This document shows, one piece after another, positions 1 to 9,118 of a stretch of 64,000 nucleotides of DNA (position 1 is its first letter; each line of letters starts with the position of its first letter). Origin of the DNA: Bacilli bacterium. Lineage in GTDB: Bacteria > Bacillota_I > Bacilli_A > RFN20 > CAG-826. The position numbers and the translations under genes were made by a program. Location: the NCBI GenBank assembly GCA_016296775.1, contig JAEDIE010000002.1, forward strand, positions 7,958 through 71,957, in the 5' to 3' direction. The notes beneath the pieces are model-generated. The model searched no databases. It worked only from the letters and a program-made list of their open reading frames with translations, and was not told where the DNA came from.

Positions 1-33
1 GTAGTCTTTACAAATATTTTTTAATTCAAGCAT
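1..33 (-). CDS. 5' end of a gene running off the left edge (MLELKNICKDY..., resembles the N-terminus of an ABC-type ATPase)
   Basis: ATG at 33-31 on the minus strand, preceded by a GGGAGGAG Shine-Dalgarno (complement of 40-47). Only 11 codons are visible. Confidence 0.35.
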   Translation of the reverse strand, partial: MLELKNICKDY

Positions 34-66
34 AAATAACTCCTCCCTTCAATCAAATTTACATAA

Positions 67-94
67 AGTATAACAAATAACACATCTTTAACAA
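67..94 (-). promoter_or_regulatory. Candidate sigma-70-type promoter for the left-edge gene
   Basis: Minus strand reads TTGTTA (89-94), a 16 nt spacer, then TATACT (67-72), upstream of the SD at 40-47. Confidence 0.3.
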
Positions 95-124
95 TAAATT
101 TTAGAATAGTAAAGAAAATAGAGT

Positions 125-577
125 TTATTTATTTCTTTTTTCTTTGAAAAAAGACTGTATTAAATTCTTAGATTCTTCTAATAAAACGCCTCCATCTACC
201 AAGCATGGAGAATTTTCTAATTTAAAAGCATGTATTCTGCTTAAAGCAGCACCAGTATTGCTCTCGTAAGCGCCAAAAACAACTCTTTTTATTCTGGATT
301 GGATTATTGCACTACTACACATTAAACAAGGTTCTAATGTTACATACATCGTTAAATTATTTAATCGCCAATCACCTATTTTTTTACTAGCTTTTTTTAT
401 ACACAAAATCTCAGCATGACCTGTGACATCATTCAACTTTTCTTTTTTATTATATGCTTTAGCAACTATTTTATTATTTTCATCAACTAAAATACATCCA
501 ACTGGAACTTCTCCAATTTTGTATGCTTTTAGAGCCTCTTTTAAGGCTATTTTCATAAAATAAGCATCATTTTTCAT
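125..577 (-). CDS. tadA: tRNA-specific adenosine deaminase (CMP/dCMP deaminase fold)
   Basis: 150 aa with the zinc motifs HAE and PCLMC. Size and N-terminus are typical of TadA, and it sits next to SRP RNA as in Bacillus. Confidence 0.9.
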   Translation of the reverse strand: MKNDAYFMKIALKEALKAYKIGEVPVGCILVDENNKIVAKAYNKKEKLNDVTGHAEILCIKKASKKIGDWRLNNLTMYVTLEPCLMCSSAIIQSRIKRVVFGAYESNTGAALSRIHAFKLENSPCLVDGGVLLEESKNLIQSFFKEKRNK

Positions 578-581
578 AAAT

Positions 582-668
582 TAAAACCATCGCACAATTA
601 TAATTTTTCTTAAGGCTGCTATGTTCCCATCCTGACCTGGTTCGAAAGTATAAATCGCGATGGCTCTA
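582..668 (-). ncRNA. ffs: Small (4.5S-type) signal recognition particle RNA
   Basis: Minus strand reads ...GAACCAGGUCAGGAUGGGAACAUAGCAGCCUUAAG..., matching the conserved domain IV (CCAGGUCAGG...GGAA tetraloop...AGCAGCC). The terminal stem GCCAUCGCG pairs with UGCGAUGGU, followed by a UUUU tail. An extended -10 (TGATATAAT) lies just upstream. Confidence 0.85.
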
Positions 669-741
669 TTATTATATCATTATTTATTACTTTTTCATAA
701 CAAAACTAATTTATTATTTTCTATTCCATATTATTTGTCGT

Positions 742-790
742 AAATAAAAAAGAGGTGGGATTTCATATGTTTTTTGAAATTTTCACCTCT
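742..790 (-). terminator. Rho-independent terminator after serS
   Basis: Minus strand AGAGGTG..ATTTC / GAAAT..CACCTCT hairpin (751-790) followed by TTTTTATTT. Confidence 0.7.
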
Positions 791-798
791 AAATTTAA

Positions 799-2076
799 TT
801 ATTTAATTGGTTTAAGAACTTTGATTCCACCCATGTATTTTTGTAATACTTCAGGAACAAGAACACTTCCATCTTCTTGTTGATATTGTTCTAATATAGC
901 AGGGAATACACGGCTTGTAGCAAGTCCGCTACCATTTAATGTATGCATAAAGTGCATTTTTCCATCTTTATCTTTATATCTCATCTTTCCTCTTCTAGCT
1001 TGATAGTCTCTAGCATTAGATACTGAGCTAACTTCTTTATAGATTCCTAAAGATGGAAGATAAACTTCGATATCATATGTTCTAGCCATTGAATGAGAAC
1101 AATCTCCAGCAGCTAATTTTGAAATTCTAAAGTGTAATCCTAAACCTTCCATTAAAGTTCTTGCTTTATTTACTAATTCTTCAAAAGCGATATCAGATTC
1201 GTTATCTTTTGTATATTCAACCATTTCAACTTTGTTAAATTGATAGCCTCTGATCATACCTCTTTCTTCACTTCTATATGCTCCAGCTTCTTTTCTATAA
1301 CATGGAGAATATGCAAAGAATTTCTTTGGTAATTGATCTTCGCTTAAAATTTCGTTTCTATAATAATTAACTAAAGCTGTTTCGGCTGTTGGAAGTAAGA
1401 ATTTGAATGGTTCCATGTCTTTTAATACAAAGACATCTTCTTCAAATTTAGGAAATTGACCAGCTGTAAATCCGGACTCGTAATTTAATAAATGAGGAAC
1501 TAACATCATTTCAAATCCATCATTAATGTGAGTTTCAATAAAATAGTTTAATAAAGCCCATTCAAGTCTAGCTCCTAAGTTTGTATAGAACCACTCACCA
1601 TGACCACCAACTTTTGCACCTCTTTCGTAATCTATTAAACCAATGCTTTCAGCTAAATCCACGTGGGATTTAATAGGGAATTTGAAATCTGGCTTTTCCA
1701 AATTGTAATAAATTGGTACGTTGTTTTCTTTTCCACCAGGAAGTAAATCAGGATCTGGAAGATTTGGTAAAGCATTAACAATTGAGTTAATTTGATCAGT
1801 TAAAGTTTTTAATTTTTCTTCAGCAATTTTGTTTTCATTTGCTAATTCTTTAACTGAAGCAAAAATACTAGCAACATCTCCACCTTCTTTTTTTACCATT
1901 GGGACTGATTTTGAAAGTTTATTTTGTTTAGCTTGATTTTCTTCTACTTTTCTTTGAAGATTTCTTTTTTCATTAACTAAAGAACATAAACCATCAATGT
2001 CAGCTTCATATAATTTCTTTTTTAGAGCTTCTTTAACGTACTCTTTATTTTCTAAAATATAATTAATATCAATCAT
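799..2076 (-). CDS. serS: Seryl-tRNA synthetase
   Basis: 425 aa with an N-terminal coiled-coil arm and class II core motifs (FRxE-like YRKEAG, GSGLATSR). A GAGGTG RBS is present. Confidence 0.97.
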   Translation of the reverse strand: MIDINYILENKEYVKEALKKKLYEADIDGLCSLVNEKRNLQRKVEENQAKQNKLSKSVPMVKKEGGDVASIFASVKELANENKIAEEKLKTLTDQINSIVNALPNLPDPDLLPGGKENNVPIYYNLEKPDFKFPIKSHVDLAESIGLIDYERGAKVGGHGEWFYTNLGARLEWALLNYFIETHINDGFEMMLVPHLLNYESGFTAGQFPKFEEDVFVLKDMEPFKFLLPTAETALVNYYRNEILSEDQLPKKFFAYSPCYRKEAGAYRSEERGMIRGYQFNKVEMVEYTKDNESDIAFEELVNKARTLMEGLGLHFRISKLAAGDCSHSMARTYDIEVYLPSLGIYKEVSSVSNARDYQARRGKMRYKDKDGKMHFMHTLNGSGLATSRVFPAILEQYQQEDGSVLVPEVLQKYMGGIKVLKPIK

Positions 2077-3088
2077 TTTTCTTCACCTCTTCTATTGCAT
2101 CATATATTTTAATTAATTCTCTTCCATATGTTAATATGGAAAATTGATTTGCGTATTGTTTTGCCTCTTCTTTTAACGAAGGTAAATTATTATTTAGATA
2201 ATCTTTTATACCTTGAATCAAACTTGTTATATCTTGATAAACGTATCCATTTACTTTATCGATAACAATATCTTCAAAAACACTTCCATTTAGAGCAAAT
2301 ATTTGAGTATTACTAACCATCGATTCCATAATTTCGATTGTGTTTGAATAATAAGAATTAACACTAATAAACATGTCTGAATTATACAAAAGAGAATTAT
2401 ATACATCTTCTTCAAAAATTGGTAAATAATATATGTTTTTCCAATTCTTTTTAAGTTTTTTGAATGTCTTTTTATATAATTTCTTATTATAAACTTTAGC
2501 AAGAACGATAAACTTAATGTTAGGGAAATTTCTAGAAATAGCCATCAATCTTTCAATAGCGTTTGTATCATCTTCCCTTATTAAAGAAGTACATAATAAC
2601 GAATCTTTATTAAATCCCATCAATCTATAAAATATATCTTTAATAGAACTATTTTCTAAGTTAAATTTTGAAAATTTAACTCCAGGATTTAATACAAAAA
2701 TTCGATTTTTTACTCCTTCTTTAATTAAAAATTCTTTAGCTTTATTGCTTGGACAAATAACATAATCGTACATGTTCACAATATCTAAAGCAGGTTTAGA
2801 AATTTGATATACACCTTCCTTAATCTTATAAAACAAGGCACTAGCAATTTCTCCTTCATTAAACAAAACAGAAATAACATTGCTAACGTCCTTTTTCTTT
2901 TCAATTAATTCTAATAAAGTTTGATCGTTAATCGTAAAATATTGAGCAATATTATAAAAACTAGTGCTGTTTTGGATAGTGTAGACCATATTTTGCATCT
3001 CTAATAAACCTTTATAGTTTTTTCTAAGTCTAGATGATTCAAAATTATCGTCTTTTGTATTGTAATCTGTATAAATATAAACCTTCAT
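2069..3088 (-). CDS. GT-B fold (GT4-like) glycosyltransferase, possibly a glycolipid synthase
   Basis: 339 aa. The C-terminal motif NTIEIMESM...FEDIVIDKVNGYVY resembles the GT4 E(x7)E / NG region. It starts 2 nt after the gyrA stop and overlaps the serS start by 8 nt. Confidence 0.55.
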   Translation of the reverse strand: MKVYIYTDYNTKDDNFESSRLRKNYKGLLEMQNMVYTIQNSTSFYNIAQYFTINDQTLLELIEKKKDVSNVISVLFNEGEIASALFYKIKEGVYQISKPALDIVNMYDYVICPSNKAKEFLIKEGVKNRIFVLNPGVKFSKFNLENSSIKDIFYRLMGFNKDSLLCTSLIREDDTNAIERLMAISRNFPNIKFIVLAKVYNKKLYKKTFKKLKKNWKNIYYLPIFEEDVYNSLLYNSDMFISVNSYYSNTIEIMESMVSNTQIFALNGSVFEDIVIDKVNGYVYQDITSLIQGIKDYLNNNLPSLKEEAKQYANQFSILTYGRELIKIYDAIEEVKKND

Positions 3089-3089
3089 T

Positions 3090-5627
3090 TTATTCAGCTT
3101 TTTCTGTTGTTTCTTCTTCAGTTTCTTCTTTTTCTACTTTTTCTAAGCAAGTTAATGATGTGACAATATCTTTTTCTCTTAAATCGATCATTTTAACGCC
3201 GATTGAGTTACGTCCACATTCTCTAACTTGTTCAAGATTACTTCTAACTACTGTTCCATTTAATGTAATAACTAAATAATCTTCATCACCTTTAACAACT
3301 TTCATTGCAACAAGATTACCTGTTTTTTCGTTTATTTTAATAGTTTTTACACCACTACTTCCTCTATGAGTAATTCTGTAATCTTCAATTGAGGATAATT
3401 TCCCTAATCCTTTTTCGCTTAAAACAAGAACCTTATCTCCGTGAGTACTAATATCAACACCAATTACTTCACTTCCTTTAAGATTAATACTTCTAACACC
3501 GCTTGCACTTCTTCCCATAGCTCTAATTTCATCTTCTTTAAACATACATAATTGTCCAGCTTTAGAAGCTACAAGAATATAACTTGTACCATCAGTAATT
3601 TCTACATCAAATAAAGCGTCATCTTCTTTAAAATTAAGAGCACGTTTTCCGTTACAATTAATTCTAATAAATTCTTCAAGTGCAGTACGTTTACAAATAC
3701 CTTGTTTTGTGATGAATAAAAGATATTTTCCTTTATAATCATCAACTGGAAGGACAGAAACAATATTTTCACCTTTTTCTAATTTTAATAAATTAGCTAC
3801 AGGAATACCTTTTGCTTGTCTATTTCCTTCGATAATTTCGTAACCTCTTCTTCTATAAATTTTTCCACTATTAGAGAAGAACAAAATATCTGTGTGTGTT
3901 GAAGCGTTTACTAATTTAGTAACAACGTCTCCAGCGTAAATTGTCATACCTTTTACACCGATTCCACCTCTATTTTGAGTTTTAAATTCTTTACTAGAAA
4001 TACGTTTAATATATCCGTTACTTGTTAAAGTAATAACAATATTATCTCTAGGAATTAAATCTTCATCATCTACATTGGCAATAATTGATGAAATTTCGCT
4101 TCTTCTAGGATTATTGAATTTATTTTTGATTACACTTAATTCTTCAATAACTAAATCACAAATATGAGATTCGTCTTCAAGAAGATAATTGTATCCTTTA
4201 ACATTTTCTTCTAATTGATGTTTTTCATCTGTAATCTTAGTATTTTCTAATCCAGTAAGTCTTCCTAAAGTCATAGCAACAACAGCTTTAGCTTGTTCTT
4301 CATTAAAGTTAAATCTTTCCATTAATTTATCTTTAAATTCGTCGGTAGATTTGCTATTTTTAGCCATTTCAGTTACTTCATTAACGTTATCAGAAACAAT
4401 TAATAAAGCATTTAATATGTTAATTCTTGCTTCATCTTTAGCTTTTAAAAATACTGTTCTTCTTTTTACAACTTCAACTTGGAAATCTAAGTAATTACCA
4501 ATTAATTCTTTCAAAGTTAAGATCTTTGGCGCTCCATCAACAATGCAAAGATTGATAATACCAAAACTAATTTCTAATTGAGTTTCTTTATATAATTTAT
4601 TTAACACGACGCTTGGTTCAACGTCTCTTCTTAATTCGATAACAATATGAACGTTTCCTTTAGAGAAATCTTTAATAGATGTAATTCCATCGATTTTCTT
4701 TTCTCTAGCATATTCACCAATTTTAGCAACTAAATCGCCTTTTCTAACTTGATAAGGAATTTCGGTAATAACAATACGAGATTTACCATTTGGTTCATCT
4801 TCAATGTGAGCTTTTGCTCTAACTTTAAAGGTTCCTCTACCAGTTTCGTAAGCTTGTTTAATGCCGCTTAAACCATAAATAATACCACCTGTTGGGAAAT
4901 CAGGACCTTTAATATGTGTCATTAATTCTTCAACAGAAATATCTTTATTTTTGCTATATGCAATAATTGCATCAATTACTTCACCTAAATTGTGGCTTGG
5001 CATTTTTGTAGCCATACCAACAGCAATACCATCACTACCATTAACTAAAAGATTTGGGAATCTACATGGTAAAACACTTGGTTCTTGTAAACTACCATCA
5101 TAATTATCTACAAAATCAACTGTATTACATTCAATATCTCTAACTAATTCTTTAGCTAATTTATTTAATCTTGATTCAGTGTATCTGTATGCAGCTGCAT
5201 CATCACCATCTAAGTTACCAAAGTTACCATGACCATCAACAAGAGGGTATCTTAAAGAGAAATTTTGAGCCATTCTAACAAGTGTCTCATAAATTGCACT
5301 ATCACCATGTGGGTGATAATTACCCATAACGTCACCAACAACTTTAGCACACTTTACATGTGGTTTTTCAGGCATATAACCTTTTTCATACATTGAATAA
5401 ATAACTCTTCTATGAACAGGTTTAAATCCATCTCTTACATCAGGAATTGCACGTGAAACAATAACCGACATTGCATAGTCAAGAAACGATTGTTTAACTT
5501 CTTCGGTAATTTCGGCATCAGATATTTTTGGTTCTATTCCAGCCTCATAACTTGCATTTTCTTGTTTAATTGAATCTTCTTCAGAAATTTCAGATTCAAT
5601 TAAATCTTTCTTTTCTTCGTTTTCCAT
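3090..5627 (-). CDS. gyrA: DNA gyrase subunit A
   Basis: 845 aa with FLDYAMSVIVSRAIPDVRDGFKPVHRR, the active-site AAYRYTE, C-terminal beta-pinwheel repeats and an acidic tail. Confidence 0.98.
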   Translation of the reverse strand: MENEEKKDLIESEISEEDSIKQENASYEAGIEPKISDAEITEEVKQSFLDYAMSVIVSRAIPDVRDGFKPVHRRVIYSMYEKGYMPEKPHVKCAKVVGDVMGNYHPHGDSAIYETLVRMAQNFSLRYPLVDGHGNFGNLDGDDAAAYRYTESRLNKLAKELVRDIECNTVDFVDNYDGSLQEPSVLPCRFPNLLVNGSDGIAVGMATKMPSHNLGEVIDAIIAYSKNKDISVEELMTHIKGPDFPTGGIIYGLSGIKQAYETGRGTFKVRAKAHIEDEPNGKSRIVITEIPYQVRKGDLVAKIGEYAREKKIDGITSIKDFSKGNVHIVIELRRDVEPSVVLNKLYKETQLEISFGIINLCIVDGAPKILTLKELIGNYLDFQVEVVKRRTVFLKAKDEARINILNALLIVSDNVNEVTEMAKNSKSTDEFKDKLMERFNFNEEQAKAVVAMTLGRLTGLENTKITDEKHQLEENVKGYNYLLEDESHICDLVIEELSVIKNKFNNPRRSEISSIIANVDDEDLIPRDNIVITLTSNGYIKRISSKEFKTQNRGGIGVKGMTIYAGDVVTKLVNASTHTDILFFSNSGKIYRRRGYEIIEGNRQAKGIPVANLLKLEKGENIVSVLPVDDYKGKYLLFITKQGICKRTALEEFIRINCNGKRALNFKEDDALFDVEITDGTSYILVASKAGQLCMFKEDEIRAMGRSASGVRSINLKGSEVIGVDISTHGDKVLVLSEKGLGKLSSIEDYRITHRGSSGVKTIKINEKTGNLVAMKVVKGDEDYLVITLNGTVVRSNLEQVRECGRNSIGVKMIDLREKDIVTSLTCLEKVEKEETEEETTEKAE

Positions 5628-5640
5628 TTAACTACCTCCA

Positions 5641-7707
5641 TTAAATATCTAAATTCTTAACAAATTTGGCATTTGCTTTAATAAATTCACTTCTTGGTTC
5701 AACTTCTTCACCCATTAAATCGTTGAATAACATGTCGGCAGTAGTTGCATCATCAATAGTGACACGTAACATACTTCTATTATTTGGATCCATTGTTGTT
5801 TCTTCAAGTTGTTCAGGATCCATTTCACCAAGACCTTTAAAACGTGAATAAGGATATCCAGGTTTAAGTTCTAATGTTTTCTTTAATATTTCAAGTTGAG
5901 CATCAGAATATGCATAATACTTCTTACCTTTATATACAACTTGATAAAGTGGAGGTTGAGCAATATAAACATATCCGTGTTCAATTAATGGTCTCATAAA
6001 TCTATTAAAGAATGTTAAAAGTAAAATTCTAATATGTGAACCATCGACATCAGCATCGGTCATAATAACAATCTTATGATATCTAGCTTTAGTAATATCA
6101 AAATCATCGTTAATTCCTGTACCAATTGCACTAATAATGTTTCCAATTTCAGCATTTTCAAATATTCTATGAGATTGAGCTTTTTGAACATTAAGTATCT
6201 TACCTCTTAAAGGTAAAATAGCTTGTGTTTTAGCATCTCTTCCTAATTTAGCACTTCCACCTGCAGAATTACCCTCAACAATAAATAATTCACATTCTTC
6301 AGGATTATTTGAAACACAATCAGATAATTTTCCAGGAAGAGTTGTAATTTCAAGACCAGATTTTCTTCTTGTATTTTCTCTTGCTGCAGCAGCGGCTAAT
6401 CTTGAGTTGTAGGCTAATTTAATTTTGTTCATCATTTTGATGGCTTCTTCTCTATTTTCAAGAAGGAACTTTTCAAATCTTTCACCTACAATATTATTAA
6501 CAATCTTTTTAACTTCAGGATTTCCTAACTTACCCTTAGTTTGTCCTTCATATTCAGGATTTGGGTGTTTAACAGAAATAATAGCTGTTAAACCTTCTAA
6601 AATATCACTAATTGTAATCTTTTCTTTATCATTATCTTTTAAAATTTTAGCTTGTCTACAATAGTTATTTACAACTCTTGTTACTGCAAGGTTAAATCCA
6701 TCAAGATGCATACCACCATTGTTGGTGGTAACGTTATTACAATATGTTTGAATAATGCTGTTGTAACCGTTTTTATATTGCATAGCTACTTCAACATATA
6801 TTTTTTCGATCTTATCTTCTGTTTTGAATGTTTGTTCACCATTACAATAGAAGATTGTTTCACTTAATCTATCTGTTTTGTTAATAAATTCAATAAATGA
6901 TTTGATTCCACCTTCAAATTGGAAAGTAGTTTCAAACATAGGTGTTTCTCTTTTATCTTGGAAAACAATCTTAATTCCACCATTTAAGAAAGCCATTTGT
7001 CTTAAACGTTTTTCGATTGTATCTTTATCAAATACAGTTGTTTCTTTAAATATTGTTGGATCAGGTTTAAAAGTAACTGTTGTTCCTGAATCCTCACAAT
7101 CTCCAATTCTTTCTAATTTGCCTATTGGTTTACCGCCGTTTTCAAAACGAATAAAGTATTCTCCACCACCTCTTTTAACTTTGACTTCAAGCCAAGATGA
7201 TAAAGCGTTAACAACACTAGCACCAACACCATGTAAACCACCACTAACTTTATATCCGCCTCCATCGCCAAATTTTCCTCCGGCATGAAGAATTGTATAA
7301 CAAGTTTCAACACCACTGATTCCGGTTTTTGGATGAATATCTACAGGAATTCCTCTACCGTTATCAGAAACAGTAATTGTATTATCTTCATTAATTGTGA
7401 CAACAATTTTATCACAATGACCTGCTAAAGCTTCATCGATTGCGTTATCAACAATTTCCCAAACAAGATGATGTAAACCAGTTGATGAAGTCGAACCAAT
7501 ATACATCCCTGGTCTAACTCTAACAGCCTCTAAGCCTTCTAAAACTTTTAGGTTCTCACTAGAATAATCACCATCAACTTTTTCAAAATCTCTTTCATCG
7601 GTGACATCAATAATTTCGTCACCAATATTCTTGTCGATTTCGTTTTCTTCAACAGTTTCTTCTGTTTCTTTTCCATCGGTAATTACAATTTCTTTTTCTT
7701 CTACCAT
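5641..7707 (-). CDS. gyrB: DNA gyrase subunit B
   Basis: 688 aa with LEGLEAVRVRPGMYIG, the GHKL ATPase, Toprim EGNSAGG, and PLRGKILNV. Confidence 0.98.
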   Translation of the reverse strand: MVEEKEIVITDGKETEETVEENEIDKNIGDEIIDVTDERDFEKVDGDYSSENLKVLEGLEAVRVRPGMYIGSTSSTGLHHLVWEIVDNAIDEALAGHCDKIVVTINEDNTITVSDNGRGIPVDIHPKTGISGVETCYTILHAGGKFGDGGGYKVSGGLHGVGASVVNALSSWLEVKVKRGGGEYFIRFENGGKPIGKLERIGDCEDSGTTVTFKPDPTIFKETTVFDKDTIEKRLRQMAFLNGGIKIVFQDKRETPMFETTFQFEGGIKSFIEFINKTDRLSETIFYCNGEQTFKTEDKIEKIYVEVAMQYKNGYNSIIQTYCNNVTTNNGGMHLDGFNLAVTRVVNNYCRQAKILKDNDKEKITISDILEGLTAIISVKHPNPEYEGQTKGKLGNPEVKKIVNNIVGERFEKFLLENREEAIKMMNKIKLAYNSRLAAAAARENTRRKSGLEITTLPGKLSDCVSNNPEECELFIVEGNSAGGSAKLGRDAKTQAILPLRGKILNVQKAQSHRIFENAEIGNIISAIGTGINDDFDITKARYHKIVIMTDADVDGSHIRILLLTFFNRFMRPLIEHGYVYIAQPPLYQVVYKGKKYYAYSDAQLEILKKTLELKPGYPYSRFKGLGEMDPEQLEETTMDPNNRSMLRVTIDDATTADMLFNDLMGEEVEPRSEFIKANAKFVKNLDI

Positions 7708-7719
7708 CTTGTCTTCCTC

Positions 7720-8766
7720 CTATTTAGTCAAATAACAATAATGACAATTTTGTAAGTTATATTTTTTTGTAGATGTAATAAACACTTGTTCGACTTTAGA
7801 TAAATAATTTAACAGTAAATCCTCGTTATTTTTATCCAATTCGCTTAAAATATCATCAAGAATTAATATAGGTTTATTATCTTCTTTAGATAGAGAATAA
7901 ATAGCTAATTTTAATATTAAACAAGCTATTCTATTTTCACCTTGAGAACCAAATTTCCCTATCTCTTTCCCATTTATTTTTAATATAAAGTCATCTTTTT
8001 GTATTCCGTTTGTTGAATACCCAACTTTTAAATCGTTATCTAAGTTGTCTTCGTATATTTTTATAAATTTTCGAATATAATCACTACTCGAATTAAACGT
8101 TAAATACTCAATATTTACATCTATATCTTTTAAAAATATTTCTTTATAAGTAAGTCTCACACTTTCTTCGATTTTCTTTATAAACTCATTACGAATTTTA
8201 TAAATTTCATATGAAACATTAGCTAATTTAAAAGTAATTACATTTAATAAATTAAAATCTAACGATTCGCTTTTTAATAAACTATTTCTTTCTTTATTAA
8301 GATATTCGTAATCACTCATCAATTTTAAATAACGAGGTTCGTTTTTTAAAATAGTAGTATTTAAGAAGTCTCTTCTTCTTTTTGGAGCATCTTTCAATAA
8401 ATCAACATCACCAGGAATAAAAGAAAGAATATTTATTACATTAGATAACTCACTAACTTTCTTTATACTTTTATCGTTAATGGTTATTTTTTTAACATTC
8501 TTGTCTAGAACGATGTCAATATTGTAATTTCTATTTTGTTTAATAAAAAAGCCTTTTAAATAAAAACTAGAGGCATTTTTATTAATCAACAAACCGTCAT
8601 TATTCGTTCTAAAACTTCTGGTTAAAGAAAAGTAATAAATAGCTTCAACAAGATTAGTTTTTCCAATAGCATTATCTCCATAAATAAAGTTAATACCTTT
8701 TTCAAAATTAAACTCGTTTAGTTCATAGTTTCTAAAATTTACCAACTTAATACTTTTAATTATCAT
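7720..8766 (-). CDS. recF: DNA replication and repair protein RecF
   Basis: 348 aa with the Walker A GDNAIGKTN, an SMC-like signature (GSQGE) and the Walker B ILILDD. It sits in the conserved dnaN-yaaA-recF-gyrB position. Confidence 0.93.
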   Translation of the reverse strand: MIIKSIKLVNFRNYELNEFNFEKGINFIYGDNAIGKTNLVEAIYYFSLTRSFRTNNDGLLINKNASSFYLKGFFIKQNRNYNIDIVLDKNVKKITINDKSIKKVSELSNVINILSFIPGDVDLLKDAPKRRRDFLNTTILKNEPRYLKLMSDYEYLNKERNSLLKSESLDFNLLNVITFKLANVSYEIYKIRNEFIKKIEESVRLTYKEIFLKDIDVNIEYLTFNSSSDYIRKFIKIYEDNLDNDLKVGYSTNGIQKDDFILKINGKEIGKFGSQGENRIACLILKLAIYSLSKEDNKPILILDDILSELDKNNEDLLLNYLSKVEQVFITSTKKYNLQNCHYCYLTK

Positions 8767-8990
8767 TTTGTTATTTCAAAAAACAAAGATCCATTAATTG
8801 AAATTAAAAAACCCGGATAAAGTTTCTTTCCTCTTTGATTACAAATCTCTCCATTAACAAAACATTTATTTTCGTTAACAAAAATTTTAGCTAAAGAACC
8901 ATTATCGATTAAACCAACAAATTTAATCAATTGTCCTAAAGTTATGTACTCTGTAGTAATCTTAACTTTTTCCGGTGTATTTTCTTTCAT
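8763..8990 (-). CDS. yaaA: Small S4-like RNA-binding protein YaaA
   Basis: 75 aa. Sequence and position between dnaN and recF are as in Bacillus. It overlaps the recF start by 4 nt. Confidence 0.8.
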   Translation of the reverse strand: MKENTPEKVKITTEYITLGQLIKFVGLIDNGSLAKIFVNENKCFVNGEICNQRGKKLYPGFLISINGSLFFEITK

Positions 8991-8995
8991 ATGAA

Positions 8996-9020
8996 CCCTT
9001 TAATATTATATATTAAAGGG
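8996..9020 (-). promoter_or_regulatory. Perfect 11-bp-stem hairpin immediately upstream of the yaaA start
   Basis: CCCTTTAATAT-tat-ATATTAAAGGG. On the minus strand the 3' arm contains the only SD-like AAGGG, 5 nt before the ATG. Confidence 0.4.
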
Positions 9021-9118
9021 CCAAATTTTTAAAGAATTTTTATAAAATATTATTTTATAAATGATTTTTGATTTTTGTTTAAATTTTAGCCTTTAAATTA
9101 GGTTTAAATTTATTTTGA

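Noticed and set aside
799-3088. Looked for T-box leaders upstream of serS and lysS
   Set aside because: serS has no leader because it overlaps the upstream gene. The lysS upstream gap is only about 55 nt. Neither can hold a T-box of about 200 nt.
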